Shown one piece after another: positions 59,601-64,000 of a DNA stretch of 64,000 nt (its first letter is position 1; every line of letters begins with the position of its first letter). The DNA lies in NCBI GenBank assembly GCA_038746275.1, contig JBCDKS010000018.1, positions 13,863 to 77,862 of the forward strand. Reading direction: 5' to 3'. The notes below the pieces were generated by a model, which worked only from the letters and a program-made list of their open reading frames with translations, was not told where the DNA came from and made no database searches. The position numbers and the translations under genes were made by a program. Origin of the DNA: Pseudomonadota bacterium (GTDB lineage Bacteria > Pseudomonadota > Alphaproteobacteria > Rhizobiales > Rhizobiaceae).

Positions 59601-60053
59601 ATGATTGACTATTTCTTCTCATTTCGCGGTCGCATTGCACGCAAGCACTATTGGCTGGCCACACTGGCCATCATCGCACTGATAGCCGTTGCAATGGGTA
59701 TCGGCTTTGGTTTGCTGGAGGCCGGTCTCAACATGTTTGTGGCGTTTGCCATCCCGGGCGTTATGATCTTAATCGCAGTTGTGGCCAGTTTTGCAGTTGG
59801 CGTGCGGCGCTTACATGACCGGGGCAAGAGTTGGCGCTGGCTCATTCCATTTTACATTCTTCCCAACGTTCTGGACCCGGAACGCTTGGGTGCTGCTGCC
59901 AACACGCCAGCGTTTTGGCTGCTCACGGCGCTTTCCTTTGGTTTGAGCATATGGGGCCTGGTGGAACTTGGCTTTTTGAGAGGAAACGCAGGAACGAATG
60001 AATATGGCGAGGATCCTTTGAACCCCATGCCAACCGCCGAGGTGTTTGAGTAA
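59601..60053 (+). CDS. DUF805 membrane protein
   Basis: FSFRGRIARKHYW, VRRLHDRG, NEYGEDP. Confidence 0.9.
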   Translation: MIDYFFSFRGRIARKHYWLATLAIIALIAVAMGIGFGLLEAGLNMFVAFAIPGVMILIAVVASFAVGVRRLHDRGKSWRWLIPFYILPNVLDPERLGAAANTPAFWLLTALSFGLSIWGLVELGFLRGNAGTNEYGEDPLNPMPTAEVFE

Positions 60054-60055
60054 AC

Positions 60056-60430
60056 ATGGCCGCCGGACCGCAAACCGTCAGTTGGGCTTTGTTTTCTTGG
60101 CGTGGCCGCATTCGGCGCGCCACGTTTGCGTTGGGCACCGTATTTTTGTTGACAGTGCTGTGGGTGTGCGTGGCGCAAGTGGCTGCCCATCAAGGCAATG
60201 ACAGTATGGAGGTTTTCTGGGCACTGTCGTTTGTCATCTGTGGCCTGGTCTCGCTCTATTGCGTCTCCGCTTTGGGGGCGAAGCGGATACACGATATTGG
60301 CTATCCCGGTTGGCTGATCGTACCGATGTTTTTGACCGGTCTTTACATTATCGTCGTTCTGGCACTGTGCTTTTGGCCGGGGGAGCGCCACGAAAACAAG
60401 TATGGCCCGCCGCCGGTGGCACCGCAGTAG
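60056..60430 (+). CDS. DUF805 membrane protein
   Basis: FSWRGRIRR, KRIHDIG, ENKYG. Confidence 0.88.
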   Translation: MAAGPQTVSWALFSWRGRIRRATFALGTVFLLTVLWVCVAQVAAHQGNDSMEVFWALSFVICGLVSLYCVSALGAKRIHDIGYPGWLIVPMFLTGLYIIVVLALCFWPGERHENKYGPPPVAPQ

Positions 60431-60581
60431 ATAACCCATCCCAATCGCTGACCAATGACTGCCCAATCATTGCTCAACTGACGTCCATGTGCCGAGAAAG
60501 TGCCGCGACGAAAACGTGAGTTGGCGGTTTTGCGGAGTCCGGTTAGCCTTTCCGGCGGGAGTTAGATGAAAGGGATTTGCC

Positions 60582-61457
60582 ATGGTCATGTCTTCACGCC
60601 GCCGCGCCTTGCTGGCCGCCAGTCTGGTTGTATCGGCAGGCTTGCTAGCTCCGATTGGCTCACCCGTGTTGGCACAATCGGCCACGGAACCTCCGGTGCG
60701 CAGCACCTGTCTTGCCACGGTTGAAAACCTTCGCGACGGTGGTCTTCCCGTCCAGTACGCGTCCTTTGCAAAGCCCGTATCCGCCAAATATGACGTTCGG
60801 ATTTCGTTTCAGGGCCATTCCACCTATCTGATCGAGAGCCCGCTAGGGGTAAAGGTCGCGACCGATTTTGCCGGTTGGTTGACAGACCCGGTGGTGCCCG
60901 ACGCGGTGACCATGAACCGGGCGCACTCGTCGCATTACACAGATTTTCCTGACCCCAAGATCAAACACGTGCTCCACGGTTGGGGCGATGGAACTGACAT
61001 TGCCCGTCACAATCAGATGGTTGGTGACACCCTGATTAGAAATGTCACCACCGATATCTTACGTTGGGGCAATCAAAAAGACGGCAACTCAATTTTCATT
61101 TTTGAGACAGGCGGGTTGTGCATCGGCCATTTGGGTCACTTGCACCACAAATTGAGCGAAGATCACTACGCCAAGATCGGTCGCCTAGACGTGGTGATGG
61201 TGCCCGTGGATGGCGGGCTTACGATGTCTCATGTCAGCGCAAAGGACATCATCGCACGGCTGCGCTCATCGGTGATCCTGCCGATGCATGTGCGCTCCTT
61301 TGGGGCAATGCCGCAGTTCTTGGCCTATCTGGATAACGCGTATCCAATCGAACGTTTGGCCACCAATTCCATGACCGTCTCTTTGCTCAATCTGCCCAAA
61401 CAACCAACCGTGTACATTTTGGCGGGCGTGGATTCATATTCAGGATCGTTTGATTGA
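60582..61457 (+). CDS. Exported MBL-fold metallo-hydrolase with a Tat-like signal
   Basis: SSRRRALL signal; GHSTYLI, AHSSH, HLGHLHH, PMH. Confidence 0.82.
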   Translation: MVMSSRRRALLAASLVVSAGLLAPIGSPVLAQSATEPPVRSTCLATVENLRDGGLPVQYASFAKPVSAKYDVRISFQGHSTYLIESPLGVKVATDFAGWLTDPVVPDAVTMNRAHSSHYTDFPDPKIKHVLHGWGDGTDIARHNQMVGDTLIRNVTTDILRWGNQKDGNSIFIFETGGLCIGHLGHLHHKLSEDHYAKIGRLDVVMVPVDGGLTMSHVSAKDIIARLRSSVILPMHVRSFGAMPQFLAYLDNAYPIERLATNSMTVSLLNLPKQPTVYILAGVDSYSGSFD

Positions 61458-61541
61458 GGCTCTTGGTCTGGTCTATAGGTCGCGATTGACGCTTGGGCGT
61501 ACCGGTCATACAGCTACGTTGATACACCACTCCACACGCGT

Positions 61542-62756
61542 GTGACCGTGCCTTCGAGCCCCTCCCAACTTCCACCAGAAGCGCAGATCTTGCGTGATCT
61601 CATTCGTTGCCCATCGGTCACTCCGGTGGAAGGCGGTGCGCTGAGTTACCTGCAGACCCGGTTGGAGGCATTGGGGTTTGAGATTACCCGTAAGGTCTTT
61701 TCTGCCGACGGCACGCCGGACGTTGAAAACCTGTATGCGCGGTGGGGTACCCAATCCCCCAATCTGTGTTTTGCCGGCCATACCGATGTTGTGCCGACGG
61801 GAAACGAAACCGACTGGACGGCAGGTCCTTTTGCCGGAGACGTGCGCGAAGGCATTTTATTCGGCCGCGGCGCCGTAGACATGAAAGGCGGCATCGCCTG
61901 CTACCTGGCGGCGGTGGAAAGCCTGTTTGACGCTGGCTGGACGCCACGCGGGTCGTTGTCGTTTCTGATTACCGGTGACGAAGAAGGCCCTGCGATCAAC
62001 GGAACGAAGGCAATTTTGGATTGGTTGGTTGGCCAAGGCGAGGCCTTCAGCGCCTGCGTCGTGGGGGAGCCGACCAATCCCGACACGATCGGCGATGCAA
62101 TCAAAATTGGCCGCCGCGGCAGTGTTTCAGGCGTCCTCACCGTCAACGGCACGCAAGGACACGCGGCTTATCCACATCAGGCCGATAACCCCGTGCGCGG
62201 CTTGGTGCAACTCACCGGCGCGCTGATGGACACACCGTTTGATACCGGCACGGATAATTTTCAGCCAACCAATCTGGAAGTCACATCGCTGGATGTCGGC
62301 AATGCCGCGTTCAACATCATACCGGCCCAAGCCACCGCGCGGTTTAACGTGCGCTTCAACGACACGTGGACGGCAGATACGATCAAACAAGAGATCGAAC
62401 GGCGCTTGGCAGCCGCAGCAAGCACAACAACCTTGAGGGACACATCAAAAGGGCCGGTGGCGTTTGACGTTGCGTATACCGATAGACCCAGCCACGTTTT
62501 TTTGACCCGCGACGATGTCTTGATCTCATCCATAAGCCAAGCCGTTGCGGCAGAAACGGGGACCATGCCAGAACTTTCCACCGGCGGCGGAACGTCGGAT
62601 GCGCGTTTCATGAAGGACGTCTGTCCAGTGGTGGAATTTGGGTTGGTGGGACAAACCATGCACCAAATCGATGAGCGGGTGCCGTTAAGCGATTTGACCA
62701 AGCTCACAGCCATCTACCGCAGGTTTATCGAAGGCTACTTTGAGGCCGGGTCCTGA
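61542..62756 (+). CDS. dapE: Succinyl-diaminopimelate desuccinylase
   Basis: FAGHTDVVP, GAVDMKGG, GDEEG, GEPT, GRRGS, GGGTSDARF. Confidence 0.96.
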   Translation: MTVPSSPSQLPPEAQILRDLIRCPSVTPVEGGALSYLQTRLEALGFEITRKVFSADGTPDVENLYARWGTQSPNLCFAGHTDVVPTGNETDWTAGPFAGDVREGILFGRGAVDMKGGIACYLAAVESLFDAGWTPRGSLSFLITGDEEGPAINGTKAILDWLVGQGEAFSACVVGEPTNPDTIGDAIKIGRRGSVSGVLTVNGTQGHAAYPHQADNPVRGLVQLTGALMDTPFDTGTDNFQPTNLEVTSLDVGNAAFNIIPAQATARFNVRFNDTWTADTIKQEIERRLAAAASTTTLRDTSKGPVAFDVAYTDRPSHVFLTRDDVLISSISQAVAAETGTMPELSTGGGTSDARFMKDVCPVVEFGLVGQTMHQIDERVPLSDLTKLTAIYRRFIEGYFEAGS

Positions 62757-63349
62757 TGGCCCAATCCCAACTCGTCGAAAATCTGTTAGGCGCTCTCGAT
62801 GTGATGCTGTCGCGGTCCACAGGCATGAAACGGATGGATCTGACACCTAAGGGGTTTTGGAACTCGTTTTACGGTTTGTTGATCACCGCGCTCGTCGATA
62901 TGATTGCCCTGTCACTCAGTCATCCCACTGTGGTTAGCCGGATGGGCGATGCGGCGCCCGAGAAATTCTACTTCGTGTTCGGCAATCTAACGGCGGCACT
63001 TGTGGGTTATGCCAGCGCCATGTTGGCCCTGTTTTTGTTGTGTAGAGACGAAAGCGAAGCGCGCGGATTTCCCACCTCACTTGCGGTGCACAACTGGGCC
63101 AGTCCTGTTATCAGCATAGCTATCTTGCCGATAATTTTCATCACAGAACTCACGCGAACACAGGGTCAAACCGGGGTTCTGGAAACGTTTTTGATGATCT
63201 CGATCATCGCAGCCCTCATCGTCGCGGGCATACGTATTTTGCGGATTTCCCTATTGCTCACGCCTGGACGGGCCAGCGCTTATTTTGCGATTACAACACT
63301 GGTATCGCTATCCATTTCGCAGGGCCTTGAGAGCATTATGGGGCTGTAA
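62756..63349 (+). CDS. Hypothetical inner-membrane protein
   Basis: About 5 TM segments; 1-nt overlap with the dapE stop. Confidence 0.75.
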   Translation: MAQSQLVENLLGALDVMLSRSTGMKRMDLTPKGFWNSFYGLLITALVDMIALSLSHPTVVSRMGDAAPEKFYFVFGNLTAALVGYASAMLALFLLCRDESEARGFPTSLAVHNWASPVISIAILPIIFITELTRTQGQTGVLETFLMISIIAALIVAGIRILRISLLLTPGRASAYFAITTLVSLSISQGLESIMGL

Positions 63350-63359
63350 CTTATTGTAT

Positions 63360-63396
63360 TAAGGCCGTTTCCTTCGCTCAAACGGTTCTGTTTGGA
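63360..63396. repeat. Short repeat abutting copy B of the 154-bp element
   Basis: TAAGGCCGTTTCCTTCGCTCAAACGGTTCTGTTTGGA, similar to the reverse complement of 1607-1658. Confidence 0.55.
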
Positions 63397-63410
63397 CGGG
63401 CGCAGCTCTG

Positions 63411-63564
63411 GATCATTTCTATCTTTGATAGAATCGATCCAGTTGTCGCGCTCACCCTGTCGGCCTCAAGAGCACTTCGCGACCCTAGGTGGAGGAGGGG
63501 CGGGGCATAAGCACCGGGTTGCTCTTCGCAACCGAGCGGTTCAATCAAATGGTGAGCCGCTCTA
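63411..63564. repeat. 154-bp intergenic multi-hairpin repeat, copy B
   Basis: Collinear with 1443-1596; its terminal CTA is the TAG stop of the convergent gene. Confidence 0.85.
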
Positions 63565-64000
63565 GTAACCGGGGCAGTTGGTGCATTCCGTCGTGGTGCT
63601 CACCCGCGGGGCAAAAATGTTTTGATATTCCATGTCGATGGGACCAGTGAAGGTTTTGCCAAAGATAGGATTGTAGACAAGCTTTGCCTTGGCCAACACC
63701 ACGAAGCCACGATTGGAGCGCAATCCGGCGTCCAACGGGAAGGATGATCCCTTACCGGGCAAGGACATGCGGCTGAGATTGCGGCCGCGGGCCCAGACGA
63801 CTTCGGTGCTGCCATTGTTGTTGATCTGAACGCCGACCGCCATCAGTTCGAGCATGGGTGCGTGTTTAGCGCCCATAATCGCTTCCGCCGCCTTGAACGA
63901 GCCATCGATCACTTCGCGATTCACCACGGGGGATTGCGCGATTATGTCCGAGACCGTGGTCGTGACCTTACCGACCTTGGTGCTGGTCGATTCACTGTCC
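63562..64000 (-). CDS. TadE/TadG-like pilus assembly protein (5' end outside the window)
   Basis: Frame open to the window edge; KVGKVTTTVSDIIAQ motif and C-terminal Y..PR pattern of TadE-like pseudopilins. Confidence 0.65.
   Translation of the reverse strand, partial: DSESTSTKVGKVTTTVSDIIAQSPVVNREVIDGSFKAAEAIMGAKHAPMLELMAVGVQINNNGSTEVVWARGRNLSRMSLPGKGSSFPLDAGLRSNRGFVVLAKAKLVYNPIFGKTFTGPIDMEYQNIFAPRVSTTTECTNCPGY

Noticed and set aside
1-64000. CRISPR array, tRNA/rRNA, transposase, integrase or prophage genes
   Set aside because: No regularly spaced direct repeats, no tRNA T-loop signatures and no such protein motifs seen by eye; tRNAscan or CRISPR finders were not run.

Overview
Chromosomal window, roughly 57% GC by eye, from a Hyphomicrobiales (Rhizobiales)-type alphaproteobacterium. 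It is mostly housekeeping and catabolic genes. Housekeeping: trmB, arfB, metZ with a SAM-II riboswitch, dcd, rimP-nusA-ylxR-infB, ppa, engB, dapD/dapE. Catabolic and transport: a RutR-controlled reductive pyrimidine pathway split into two blocks about 46 kb apart (rutR/ureidopropionase/hydA/ABC and preT-preA, each with a RutR box); a peptide/nickel-type ABC importer divergent from an amidohydrolase + CobW pair; a MarR-HpaB-reductase/MarR-fusion-2xFAH aromatic cluster; sitABCD with a double Mur box; a cytochrome P460-family gene; a partial iol cluster with gnd. I saw no tRNA, rRNA, CRISPR array, transposase, integrase or phage gene. The strongest unexplained signals are: a 154-bp multi-hairpin intergenic repeat present twice (1.4 kb and 63.4 kb) with shorter relatives anchored on stop codons; a hybrid two-component monooxygenase lacking a ring-cleavage gene; a Lys-retaining P460 with a structured leader; an untracked 50-aa ORF; and gene-order hints of a ~43-kb inversion. 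All family assignments come from motif recognition and memory; no database search was run.
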